A stretch of DNA of 52,647 nucleotides. Source: Gnetum montanum. Its lineage: Eukaryota; Plantae; Gnetophyta. Of the stretch, positions 39,001 through 47,199 are shown in pieces; within the stretch, counting starts at the first letter, position 1; each line of letters opens with the position of its first letter. The stretch covers positions 124,922 through 177,568 of the forward strand of contig MNCI01001323.1 in NCBI GenBank assembly GCA_015680685.1. Direction: 5' to 3'. A model generated the notes under the pieces. It was not told where the DNA came from. It saw only the letters and a list, made by a program, of their open reading frames with translations, and ran no database searches. Made by a program: the position numbers and the translations under genes.

Positions 39001-42000
39001 CTAATGATACATATGCTTACTTTGGCTTANGATGTGCAGATGAACACCACTATCTAACCCTAATGATACATATGCTTACTTTGGCTTAATATCCTAGGCT
39101 ATTGAACCTAAGGGAGTTGAGTTGCACAACACCTAAACGTTTTCAATGATGCAAGCATCATTCATAAGTGTGTGCCCACCTCTTGTATGATCCTCAATCA
39201 CCTATCTTGGTGGTATATCAAGGTGTAGTCCAAGAAGAATGATGGTTAGGCCAAGCCTTGTTTATGTAGGCATAGAACCCAAAAATAAGCTAACTCATAT
39301 CTAGATGGTGACAAGATTCTTTGATTTAAATGTCCCTCAATGTCGGAATGCAACACAATATTGCATAGGCAAAGTTAGTGAAACCTATATAATTTGTATC
39401 CCCAACAATGTATAAAGCCTACAATAGATTAAATAATCTTGTTTGTTTGTCGAAAACATAGTGAAAGATTAGGATTGCATCCAACTACATCCGTTGGTGT
39501 TGCTTGTAAACCAAAACTCAAAACAAATTATTCGAACAAATGTTTTATGTTTTCTAGCTTCCTAAGTGATGGAAAGTGATCACCATCACCCTTGGCTATA
39601 CTAGTCTTTGAGATATCATAGTACACTAAAGATAGGCAATATGCAATCCATGCATCAATCATTAGAATTATGAAAAGTAGAAAAGTCTTGTCTTTTCACC
39701 AACATGTTATGGTCAAAGAGAGAAGGAGATATGTAGGCCCTATAATCAACTGACCATTATATTGAGTCATATCCTTATTAGTTATTAATGCAAAACTTGT
39801 CCCATGTTCTAAGAGGTCGGAGAAAAAAAACTGTAGTGAACATTTAAAGGATGGTTATGAGGCATCCTAAATATGTACCTCTAACATTCAAAACTATTGG
39901 CAATCGTTCCTGTGTACCCAGTGGTAACTTATCAACATTATGCTCATTGGCTCCTCATCATTCCTACAGCTTACACATTTAGAACCTATTCCCTTCAACT
40001 TTTAGGCATGAGAAAGAAATCCACCAATATTCATTTCCCTACCAGATGCTTAAAGTTTCCTTGTGAACTCTGATTAAGACATAAGGGAAAATAGGATTTC
40101 AAATCATATCATAAATAATAACGAATTCAAAACGTATCCAACCTCAGGGAACTGCATGCTAGCTTCCTGTGCAATTTGATGCTGAGGATATTGTGAAATT
40201 TGGGGATCCAATGGAAGAATATTGTAAGGTACATAAATCTCTGTTTTCTTAACCACGTCTTGACCGGTTTCAATAATCTGCATTAATTTGAATAATAAAA
40301 ACTCAATAGCATAGAATAAGAAAAGCCTAATTTGAATTTTTAAAATTTTAACAAATAATAAAATCTATCAATATTTACTTCAGCAGTAAGTTCTCCACCA
40401 GATTCTGCCTGGTTAACTGCTTTCAGTACTTCAAATAATATAGCAGCAGTTTGGTACCTCTTTGCCAGTTCTGCACTGAAGACACCAAAACAGAAGACTG
40501 ATATTTTGATAGAGGAATACAGACAGAGAGAGACCTGGCGAGACTTTATAAAAGATTAATACAAACCACTCTTACTTGAAGTATTTATGAAAGATTACAT
40601 CTGGGCTAAAGGAAACAAAAAGTGGTAACAGGAAAACCAGAAGAATTTAAGTAGAGATATTCATACCGATCAGCTGTTTGAGTAGCTGCAGCATCAAGGG
40701 CCCTGACATATGTATCATAATATCTCTTATAAAAGCTTTGTATCTCTCTAGCATCACTCTTATGTCTTCTTTCCTTCTTGGTCTTTTCCTGATCCTACAT
40801 GCATGAAATAAGAAGCTTTAGGCTCTTCTCCTACTAAAGGTCAAAAACTTTACTATGCAGTATAAGTAAAGGCAATTGTAAACTTGTTTTAAGCGCAGCC
40901 TCATTTTCCATTCAATTAATATGCTTTAATTGAAAAGCTTGCACGCTTTCTTTGACTCTGAATTTGATAAAATTTTTACATTTACGAGTATTGGAATTTG
41001 CTCTGAAGTTTATACAATTTTCATAATTGCAGCACATTGATATGCCGTAAGTGAAAATCAAGCTTGCAACCTGCTGGTTGACAAGCCAATGAGTTACCAC
41101 CGAGCTACAGCACCACTGCCATACAGATGCCTAAGATGTAATAAAAATGCATTAAACACACATGCACAGTTTTGCTGTGCAAAGTACAATATATTTGTCT
41201 AAGAACAGCTTAAAAACATGGAAACAATCTTATTGACATTACACCAGTTAAACATAAACTTGCAAATTGTGGCTCATATATTAAATTTACAGAATCACGA
41301 TGCTAATGCAGAAAGCCTTCACAATGATATTGATGCACGATAGGGAAATTTTGCTTGTTCCAGGCTAGGCCCCATTAAACATGTGCCTGCTTCTACCATG
41401 TGCTCTGCATATTTCAAAAATGCAGATATGTCTATTTTTATCATGTGTTCTTTGTATGCAACAACTATAATGACAGTAATGATGTTTTGAACCAGAGAAC
41501 AAGTATCAGCTGATTGCTATTACTTTGTACTGAAGATGGACCGTGCGAGGTCCCAAACACTGGGAAATAAAGCCAATGCAATGTTCATCTTTGATTTTGG
41601 AGACTTTCATCACTTTGGAATCAATTTGAGATTTGGAATAAAAATGACAAGCATGTACATCAAACTTTTGTATTATTTTTTTAAAGCCCCATCAGCAGCA
41701 TTGGGAAGTTGTCAAAACAAAATTTTTGCTCAAAATTTCCTCCAGCATGTATTGAGGAACATTCAACATTTGCCAAAGCCGTCAACTATTAAAATCAGTG
41801 CATACATATCTGTTTCCATCCCTCTAGTATTGAAGACTAAAGCATGTACTTGTTTTAACTGCTTCTATTAAAACTTCAAAACTCAATATTGAAGTCCTGA
41901 ACTCCATCTACAATATTTTTCAAATACACAAGAAATTTCAATTTGAAGATGAAACATGCGAGATCCAAAATGGCAGTAAACAATATCATGGTAATGCAAG

Positions 42001-44292
42001 TTTCTTATTTGTGCTAAGATTTTGTATCCATGAGTTGAGATAATGAATGCAAGTGAACATTGTAGATATTCAGAATAAAGCAATAAAAGTCGAAATGACA
42101 CATTTTCAACCATTTGCATTAGAACTTTGAAACTTAACATCTTCAACTTAAACATGTTAGAATTTTGAAGTGCTTTTCCAAGTTTTCACAAAGCACAAGA
42201 AATTTCAACTTGAAGATGAAGCATGGGAGGCCCAAAATGTCAGTAAACAGTATCACGGTAATGCAAGTTCAGGTTTTAAAATTGATTTATGCTAAGACCT
42301 CATATCCACAAGTTGAGATAATAAGGGGAAGTGAAAATGGAAAATATTCAGAATATAGCAATAAAAGTCAAAATGACTCATTTTCAACCATTTCAACAAA
42401 GACTTTGAAACTCAACATTTGTAATTTAAACACGGTAAATGACTTTGCTATTCTTGATGCTAAGAGAATGTCCAGTAACAGCCAAATCATCTATCATAAA
42501 ATTGGCTCACATATGGATTTAAAAGATGGAAGGTACTAATTATCCACTGGATGCTTTAGCAATGCAAGCACACCTTCATTTGAATGATCACGCAAGGTAT
42601 CCTAGTTCAAAGTTGAGGTTTGTAAGCATCTAACGGATGAATGAATATGCTCAAAATGTGACTCAAATTTCATCAAGCTTGACAAGTGCAATAAAGAATG
42701 ATCAAAGGGAAAAATCCAAAGCATTCCTGCCACTAGAATGCTGCATACCTCCAAGTTGCGGTTCCTAAGCAGCTGCTTTTATATTTCTAGGAAGTCAGGG
42801 TTGTGAAATGTGGATCATGTATAGTCTGATACTGTAACTGCTCAACATTGAACTACTAGCAAAAGAAGATTTTGTTAATGAAAAATTTTCATTATAACCA
42901 AAAATTACGTTGGATCTTTGGGGTCAACCATCGAGTCTTAGATAAAAACAACAATACTATAATTTGAAATTATTACCCATAAGGTAACAACCCATTTTTT
43001 AGCTTGATTTACAACTTCTGCTAGTTTGAAGGACTTGGCTTGCTGAATCGCGTTCTGTAATCTGAAATATCTTCCGAACCTTTTATTGCAGGCCACCGTA
43101 CCATATTTATCACTAGGCTGTTTTCGGTAAGCGGTACCTCAAAGATTCAGTGATTTTGGTCCTTCCAAATTTCATTCTTGCATTGTGCTCTACCAATCTA
43201 TACTCAGGCTTATGCAAAACCCTGTAAAAAATTTGTCGTAATAAAATGTCGATTCGGGGTTCTACAACCTTTGCCCCAGATTTCAGCAAGAATGTTGCCG
43301 ATAGCCATCATGTTCTAACCATTGTCAATTATGTTCCTTGAACACATTCAAAGCATATTTACAGGAAATATTTTAAAAATAACAATTTTTAGCAACGATC
43401 TGCAGAGTATTCCTTCTGATAAAAAATAACAGAAATTTGAAAATGAACATTGACGGAAGAAAACAAACAAAAAAAATACTGATAGGTATTTACTCTTTCA
43501 AGCCGTTGAAGAAGCGCGGTTTTGAATTGCCGAACGCCACGACCGCTGGAAGTAGGATCCGACCTGTGCGCTTTGTCAAATGCATGGAAACGGCCTGCAA
43601 TCGATAAACATACGAGAACTGATGAAAACAAAGCATTACGGAAGCCAAGTTTCAAAAACAAAAATTCTTCCTTTCTTTTCTCACGAACTTATAAAGACGC
43701 TAGCTCTTATTTGAAGGAGAAACACACAGGACAAAATCCATTAATAAACAAAGCATTATATAAATGCAAAGCTTTGAAACCAAAAACTCTTCTTTTCTTT
43801 TCCGAACAACTTATAAAAACGTTAGCTCTTGTTTGAACGAGAAACATGAAGGACAAAATCCACTAACGAACAAAACATTACAGAAAGCAAAGTTTCGAAA
43901 ACAAAAATTTTTCGTTTCTTTTCTGAAGAACCTGTAAAAACGTTAGCACCTGTTTGAAGGAGAAATATACAGGGCAAAATCCATTAATAAACAAAGCATT
44001 ACAAAAAGCAAAGGTTCGAAAACAAAAATTCTTCGTTTCTTTTCAGAAGACTTATAAAAACGTTAGCTCTTGTTTGAAAGAGAAACATACAGAGATAGGC
44101 AACACGAGGATTCTCCTCCTCTATATCGTTGGCAACTCTGAGAATCGGTGCAATGCTGGTTAAAGACGTCGGCACAAGTTCGCTGTCCTTGGTGGCCTCC
44201 GCTGCAATGTCTGCAATTGTCTGAGTCCGCTGCAGCCTTCGGCCACCTGCTGCGTCCCCCGGCGCGGAAGAAGATGCAGAAGTCGAGGCCAT
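5795..44292 (-). CDS. CALS: Callose synthase / glucan synthase-like (GT48, FKS1-type 1,3-beta-glucan synthase), whole gene span, 42 exons, about 1998 aa
   Basis: Manual splicing gives one open frame with hallmark motifs: [151 protein letters not shown]. The intron-rich structure fits the CalS1-8-type group rather than intron-poor CalS11/12. The exact orthologue is not determinable by eye. Confidence 0.97.
6130..6315 (-). CDS. CALS: CalS exon 41
   Basis: [22 protein letters not shown]...[12 protein letters not shown]; ends at a GC donor (CAG/GCAAAT). Confidence 0.88.
6409..6459 (-). CDS. CALS: CalS exon 40
   Basis: [17 protein letters not shown]. Confidence 0.92.
6552..7349 (-). CDS. CALS: CalS exon 39
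   Basis: [16 protein letters not shown]...[15 protein letters not shown]...[13 protein letters not shown]...RRSFL. Confidence 0.95.
7456..7685 (-). CDS. CALS: CalS exon 38
   Basis: [29 protein letters not shown]...IGFYFSTL. Confidence 0.95.
7801..7913 (-). CDS. CALS: CalS exon 37
   Basis: [37 protein letters not shown]. Confidence 0.94.
8141..8176. repeat. 15-bp tandem repeat (AGCCCGAAAGTCGAA, 2.4 copies)
   Basis: Read directly from the sequence. Confidence 0.9.
9003..9067. repeat. Perfect 20-bp inverted repeat with 25-nt loop
   Basis: TACTGACCTTGAGAGAATTA (9003-9022) / TAATTCTCTCAAGGTCAGTA (9048-9067). Confidence 0.9.
9132..9275 (+). mobile_element. Possible decayed tRNA-derived SINE (Au-like layout)
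   Basis: ATGGTAAGG A-box-like start, degenerate B-box, then GGTTAGGCT...CCTAGGACCTCGC resembling the Au SINE body; highly degenerate. Confidence 0.3.
12012..12095 (-). CDS. CALS: CalS exon 36
   Basis: [27 protein letters not shown]. Confidence 0.94.
12344..12459 (-). CDS. CALS: CalS exon 35
   Basis: [17 protein letters not shown]...[13 protein letters not shown]. Confidence 0.92.
12532..12651 (-). CDS. CALS: CalS exon 34
   Basis: [40 protein letters not shown]. Confidence 0.93.
12848..12955. mobile_element. Possible small MITE remnant
   Basis: Imperfect terminal inverted repeats TGGCCCTCTT...AAGAAGGGCCA around an AT-rich interior. Confidence 0.35.
13858..13924. repeat. Perfect 32-bp tandem duplication in intron 33
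   Basis: ACAGATTACATTCCAGTGATGAATGCATAAAT x2. Confidence 0.92.
14218..14329 (-). CDS. CALS: CalS exon 33
   Basis: [11 protein letters not shown]...[13 protein letters not shown]. Confidence 0.93.
14447..14633 (-). CDS. CALS: CalS exon 32
   Basis: IMEGYR...[27 protein letters not shown]...DILYLM. Confidence 0.93.
14722..14790 (-). CDS. CALS: CalS exon 31
   Basis: [19 protein letters not shown]. Confidence 0.93.
14877..15002 (-). CDS. CALS: CalS exon 30
   Basis: EWKNFLQRI...[15 protein letters not shown]. Confidence 0.93.
15135..15244 (-). CDS. CALS: CalS exon 29
   Basis: [13 protein letters not shown]...[16 protein letters not shown]. Confidence 0.93.
16050..17620 (+). mobile_element. Probable decayed solo LTR in intron 28
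   Basis: GTTGAT...ATCAAC terminal inversion; GGATGTCCCA(G/A)C subrepeats at 16250-16395; internal diverged duplication (about 16530-16667 vs 16709-16845); no TSD recognised. Confidence 0.45.
18031..18182 (-). CDS. CALS: CalS exon 28
   Basis: [50 protein letters not shown]. Confidence 0.94.
18865..19021 (-). CDS. CALS: CalS exon 27
   Basis: FIDPII...QLFAS...LYPL...EAWKEQ. Confidence 0.87.
19095..19291 (-). CDS. CALS: CalS exon 26 (with charged insertion)
   Basis: LKSIQ...[20 protein letters not shown]; TGCAG/GTGA. Confidence 0.85.
19389..19512 (-). CDS. CALS: CalS exon 25
   Basis: [13 protein letters not shown]...[18 protein letters not shown]; AAG acceptor after a T-tract. Confidence 0.88.
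19643..19806 (-). CDS. CALS: CalS exon 24
   Basis: [11 protein letters not shown]...[14 protein letters not shown]...GEKEK. Confidence 0.92.
19893..19977 (-). CDS. CALS: CalS exon 23
   Basis: [28 protein letters not shown]. Confidence 0.92.
20058..20152 (-). CDS. CALS: CalS exon 22
   Basis: [24 protein letters not shown]. Confidence 0.92.
20587..20712 (-). CDS. CALS: CalS exon 21
   Basis: [24 protein letters not shown]... Confidence 0.88.
20815..20901 (-). CDS. CALS: CalS exon 20
   Basis: [29 protein letters not shown]. Confidence 0.93.
20995..21044 (-). CDS. CALS: CalS exon 19
   Basis: [16 protein letters not shown]. Confidence 0.92.
21121..21205 (-). CDS. CALS: CalS exon 18
   Basis: [12 protein letters not shown]...YEWHELFPQ. 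Confidence 0.92.
21449..21509 (-). CDS. CALS: CalS exon 17
   Basis: [20 protein letters not shown]. Confidence 0.92.
21602..21654 (-). CDS. CALS: CalS exon 16
   Basis: [11 protein letters not shown]. Confidence 0.92.
21796..22127 (-). CDS. CALS: CalS exon 15
   Basis: [11 protein letters not shown]...[13 protein letters not shown]...LTWWQQ. Confidence 0.93.
23409..23526 (-). CDS. CALS: CalS exon 14
   Basis: AMIIIAWQ...[18 protein letters not shown]. Confidence 0.92.
23627..23725 (-). CDS. CALS: CalS exon 13
   Basis: [33 protein letters not shown]. Confidence 0.9.
24740..24863 (-). CDS. CALS: CalS exon 12
   Basis: [11 protein letters not shown]...; the donor lies in a variable region (AAG/GTAGTA chosen; an in-phase AAG/GTTTCA 33 nt earlier is possible). 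Confidence 0.75.
24923..25038. repeat. 58-bp tandem duplication covering the end of exon 11 and its donor
   Basis: ATTACT(T/G)GTAAGAAATCAACAAACAACAGTGC(A/C)ATCTATTTACCA.AA.AATTCATTC x2. Confidence 0.9.
25024..25100 (-). CDS. CALS: CalS exon 11
   Basis: [26 protein letters not shown]. Confidence 0.93.
25505..25642 (-). CDS. CALS: CalS exon 10
   Basis: MAYEMLG...[29 protein letters not shown]. Confidence 0.93.
26429..30973 (+). mobile_element. Decayed L1-clade LINE in intron 9, antisense to CalS
   Basis: Ordered ORF2 remnants: LIGDFN (~27201), [25 protein letters not shown] (~28134), DFRPI.LC..LYK, ISKAYD, GLQQG.P, HLQFVD, KYLG, ERSFLW, zf-RVT-like C.CC...E...H (~30270); A-run at 30967-30976; candidate TSD AAATTTCAC(C/T)AT at 26417 and 30974. 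Confidence 0.9.
29530..30114. mobile_element. Solo LTR (585 bp) nested in the LINE
   Basis: TGTGA...TTACA termini with perfect 5-bp TSD ATAGT (29525-29529 and 30115-30119); abrupt GC shift; LINE homology resumes after it. Confidence 0.88.
32100..32226 (-). CDS. CALS: CalS exon 9
   Basis: [33 protein letters not shown]; donor GTAAG. Confidence 0.94.
32374..32465 (-). CDS. CALS: CalS exon 8
   Basis: [24 protein letters not shown]. Confidence 0.92.
32619..32738 (-). CDS. CALS: CalS exon 7
   Basis: [21 protein letters not shown]...; TAG/GTAATG. Confidence 0.88.
32893..33012 (-). CDS. CALS: CalS exon 6
   Basis: [14 protein letters not shown]...[13 protein letters not shown]. Confidence 0.92.
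33864..37725 (+). mobile_element. Possible long gypsy-type LTR remnant interrupted by the deleted L1
   Basis: TGTAGTGCCCC start and GAGGTTACA end; CCTATAAATAG at ~36656 and AGGTGAGT at ~37078 as in long gypsy LTRs; no TSD, boundaries uncertain. Confidence 0.35.
34142..35873 (-). mobile_element. Internally deleted L1 LINE (ORF1, ORF2 stub, 3' end, poly(A))
   Basis: DUF4283-type ORF1 remnants (LMGRF...W...VWG; GPWFY...LALTPW...PVWVHV..IPWEMW...VEFENL); ORF2 start MKLLS*NCRG...DIVWLQKTK at 34546; T-tract at 34143-34159; TSD ATCCATG at 34135-34141 and 35874-35880. Confidence 0.85.
39290..39560 (+). mobile_element. Possible highly decayed gypsy integrase fragment
   Basis: LFVENIVK...GLHPTTS resembles the integrase LF..NIVKLHG.P..I motif; many disablements. 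Confidence 0.25.
40143..40277 (-). CDS. CALS: CalS exon 5
   Basis: IIETG...[11 protein letters not shown]...MQFPE; CAG/GT. Confidence 0.9.
40379..40475 (-). CDS. CALS: CalS exon 4
   Basis: [21 protein letters not shown]...; CAG/GTAAAT. Confidence 0.9.
40667..40794 (-). CDS. CALS: CalS exon 3
   Basis: [26 protein letters not shown]...AD; TAG/GTATG. Confidence 0.9.
41915..42437. repeat. Diverged ~265-bp tandem duplication in intron 2
   Basis: CACAAGAAATTTCAA.TTGAAGATGAA.CATG...ACTTTGAAACT.AACAT occurs twice, colinear. Confidence 0.85.
43494..43594 (-). CDS. CALS: CalS exon 2
   Basis: [33 protein letters not shown]; TGCAG/GTAAAT. Confidence 0.93.
43606..44090. repeat. About 4 x 121-bp tandem repeat filling intron 1
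   Basis: AACAAA(G/A)CATTA...AAACAAAAATT..TC.TTTCTTTT...TATAAAAACGTTAGCTCTTGTTTGAA.GAGAAA units with 120-122 bp spacing. Confidence 0.92.
44091..44292 (-). CDS. CALS: CalS exon 1
   Basis: ATG; MASTS...RRLQRTQT...[21 protein letters not shown]; donor GTATGT. Confidence 0.9.
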
Positions 44293-44519
44293 GCTCCGCT
44301 CTCACACTTCTCCAAACCCTGACTCGCTGCAAATTCCTCCTGGATTTCAGTGCAACGACGAAAACGATAACGAAAATGGACGAAAACGGCCGGATTTCTG
44401 CAAGTTTTCCGCAGTAGCAGAGGAGATGCCAGTGGCCAACATGAAAGCGAAGGTGCGTAGAGTAGTGGAGACATGGCGGCATCGTTGCTCTGCTTTTGTA
44501 AAGGCGAGGAGGGGGCGCA

Positions 44520-44540
44520 GCTGCTGCTGCTGCTGCTGCT
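44520..44540. repeat. (GCT)7 microsatellite upstream of the CalS ATG
   Basis: Read directly from the sequence. Confidence 0.9.
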
Positions 44541-46063
44541 TTTCATAATTTAAAAGGCAAGTAAGGAATCAAGCACAAGTGCAGGCACCGCCATGAAGCG
44601 TCCCTACTGCTGACACGAACGAACTGGCTTTGGCTTGCCTTTTGGCTTTTTGACTCGCTTGTTTGTTGACGCTTCTCACTGTGCTTGCGAGGATTCATGG
44701 TGCCGGCGTCCATGGACCATTGCATTGCTTTATTCTTTGTCCAAACTCCAAAACCAGTCACATTTCAACATGCGCAGCATATAAGCTTTCTGGATTTTGC
44801 AGAGCTCTGCAACTGGAATAAACGGCGGTTGAGGAGATTCTTTGCCCTGGTTCGAATGAAATCGACGGATTTGGTAAGAGAACTGGCCTCGCCGGGCTTC
44901 ACCTATGCTTCTTGCTGTCCAGCGCTAGATTTGGATTCTCAACGATCCAATACGCTAGCGTGACGCCTGTGCGGTAAAGGCCGTTGGGGCTTCACACTTG
45001 AGCTGTCGAAGGTTTGCTTTGATGAACCCGACGAAAATGCAAAATTTGACGCCCCGCCATTTTCTTCATCAATTTATTGATTGGCTTATGCTTTTCCTTG
45101 GGCCTTGCCTCTCTAGGGTGGCATGCTGCCATGTGTTTGACGCCTTCTACATGGATTTGAATTCAAATTTCCGAAGGTAATAAATGTTTTTTAATGCAAT
45201 TTTTTATTTGTTTGCAAAGGAGTCCATCCATTTTCATTGATTAATTTTTAATTTTCATCTAACTTCACCTTGTCCCAATAAAATGGATGGGGTTGGTTAC
45301 CTTATTAATTTTACATTGATATTATTACATAAAAAATTCGGTAATTTTCTTAACAATGCTCACGTAACTTATAATATGTACATTTCTAGTGTGCAATACA
45401 TGCAATCCAAGTACATTGCTGGTAGCTAATCTAGTTCTTCATAAAGATGAATGGTGAAAACAAACTCATAACTAATCCTATTTTACTGGGACAAGGCTAT
45501 AATGATGATGATAATGATGATATTGCATATAACTAAAACCCAACACAATTTTATACCCTAAAGCATCCACAATATGCATTTCTATGCATTGAAACATTTT
45601 TCACACTAATACCAAATTTTATCACACCTTTTTTGGGTGAAAAATACAGCATAATTTTAAGTACGATTCTACCTATGACTATTCTAAACATTTTTATATT
45701 TATTTAAAAAAATTACTTCCTTCAAGCAATCATGCAATGTGCTTGATCTTATTAGTATCTATGTTGTACCTAAAACCTTTACCCAAAATAATGCATTAAC
45801 TTTGCCTATGATTGTATCGTACATGATATGTACATGAATCCCATGTATGACATAGCTAAATAATAATTTTTTAAATATCATTACACACATACAATAGGTA
45901 AATAATTATATGAAAAACTTCTTTGCCAAGAAGCTCATCCATTTCTTCATGTGACTATTTCTCTTTCCTAAACCAAGGACTCTTGTAAATTGAGTTTCAT
46001 TATATGTTGTAAATGATGTACCTATCGACACCTCTTTAAGTTTTACATTATCTCTTGTAACAA

Positions 46064-46135
46064 GGTGTTAGTGTAGTGGTAAGGCTCTTAATTTGAAAGT
46101 TCTAAGTCATGGGCTCAATTTTGGTGGGCAATGCT
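46064..46135 (+). mobile_element. Possible decayed tRNA-derived SINE head
   Basis: TAGTGTAGTGG (A-box-like) and GGGCTCAATT (B-box-like) at tRNA-like spacing; no cloverleaf. Confidence 0.4.
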
Positions 46136-47199
46136 AAGTTGTAAAGTTTTATTTGGACTACATATCTTGAGGTGTATTGATATTACAATTAGTTTAGGGT
46201 TCCAACATCCCACCCACCTCACAAATATACTTTTAAGTACATTGTTCTTTCTTATTTGTGCATGAAATTCTCTCTATTTTTTGGAACTATGAGTGGGAAA
46301 ATTTTAGTTATAGTAATAGCTAATTGGAAATTATCAAAGGCTTCCTTTAGCTTATTCTTCTTGTACAAATTAAGTGGTGTTACCTTGCAATGATGTATCA
46401 TTGATACTCAACTATACCATTCTTTGCTTCCCCTAATGTTTACTAAATATTACTAGTTGAAGATTGTTCATGTGGTTAGCTCATTTTTTATGTCTACAAA
46501 TCAAGGCAAATTGCTTCTCGTATGTCTATAGTAGAAGTCTTTATTTCTCCACATAAAATCCTTTTACTTGATTTAGTTTTGTTTTACTTCAAATTCATAG
46601 CCATGGCTGTTTTCCTTCTACAATGTCTTTATACATTCCAATGTGCCTCTCTTCTTTTTCTCGACTACAGTTCACTTACTATGGTCTTACTTTAGAGTTC
46701 CTGCTATATTTTACATTTTTATACCATTACATTTTTCATCATGACTCTTTGTAACTAATCTTCAATCTTTGTTTTCATGTGGTTTAACCTTCTAGTGTTC
46801 TTTTACCTGGTTATACATATTCTTCTTACAGGAAAATTATGTGAGTTACACTACAAATTTTGAATTTTGGTTGTATGGGCTTTTGGCAATTCAATGATTT
46901 GAGGGATCATAAATTTGATTCACTGGTTTGGGATTTTAGCAATTTGGTGTATTGTAGATCTGATTTAGACTTTTAGCAATTTAGTGATTTAGGTTTTCAA
47001 AAATTTAATATCTAATTTGGCGTCAAAATCCTCATGGTGGATTGCAAATTTGATTAGCTTTCAAGTAGAAAATTGTTTGGAATAACAAAAGATTGCTTGG
47101 GTTTTGACCTATTTGTATCCCAATGCTAAGTAGAAATTAACGTATTTTATTTCAAGTAGTTTGGGGACAAATAAAAAGTAAGGTTTTGATGGTAAAATT

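Noticed and set aside
38972-39088. 58-bp tandem duplication
   Set aside because: The copies are joined by a single N, typical of overlapping contig ends at a scaffold join; probably an assembly artefact.
43606-44090. CRISPR-like repeat-spacer array
   Set aside because: Units are similar along their full length with no unique spacers, in a eukaryotic intron, with no cas genes.
43522-44163. ORFs with the repeated peptide KEK(H/Y)[11 protein letters not shown]
   Set aside because: Antisense translation of the intron 1 tandem repeat; unit lengths are not consistently multiples of three.
46064-46135. Functional tRNA gene (also the intronic tRNA-like segments)
   Set aside because: No acceptor, anticodon or T stems can be formed; at most SINE remnants.
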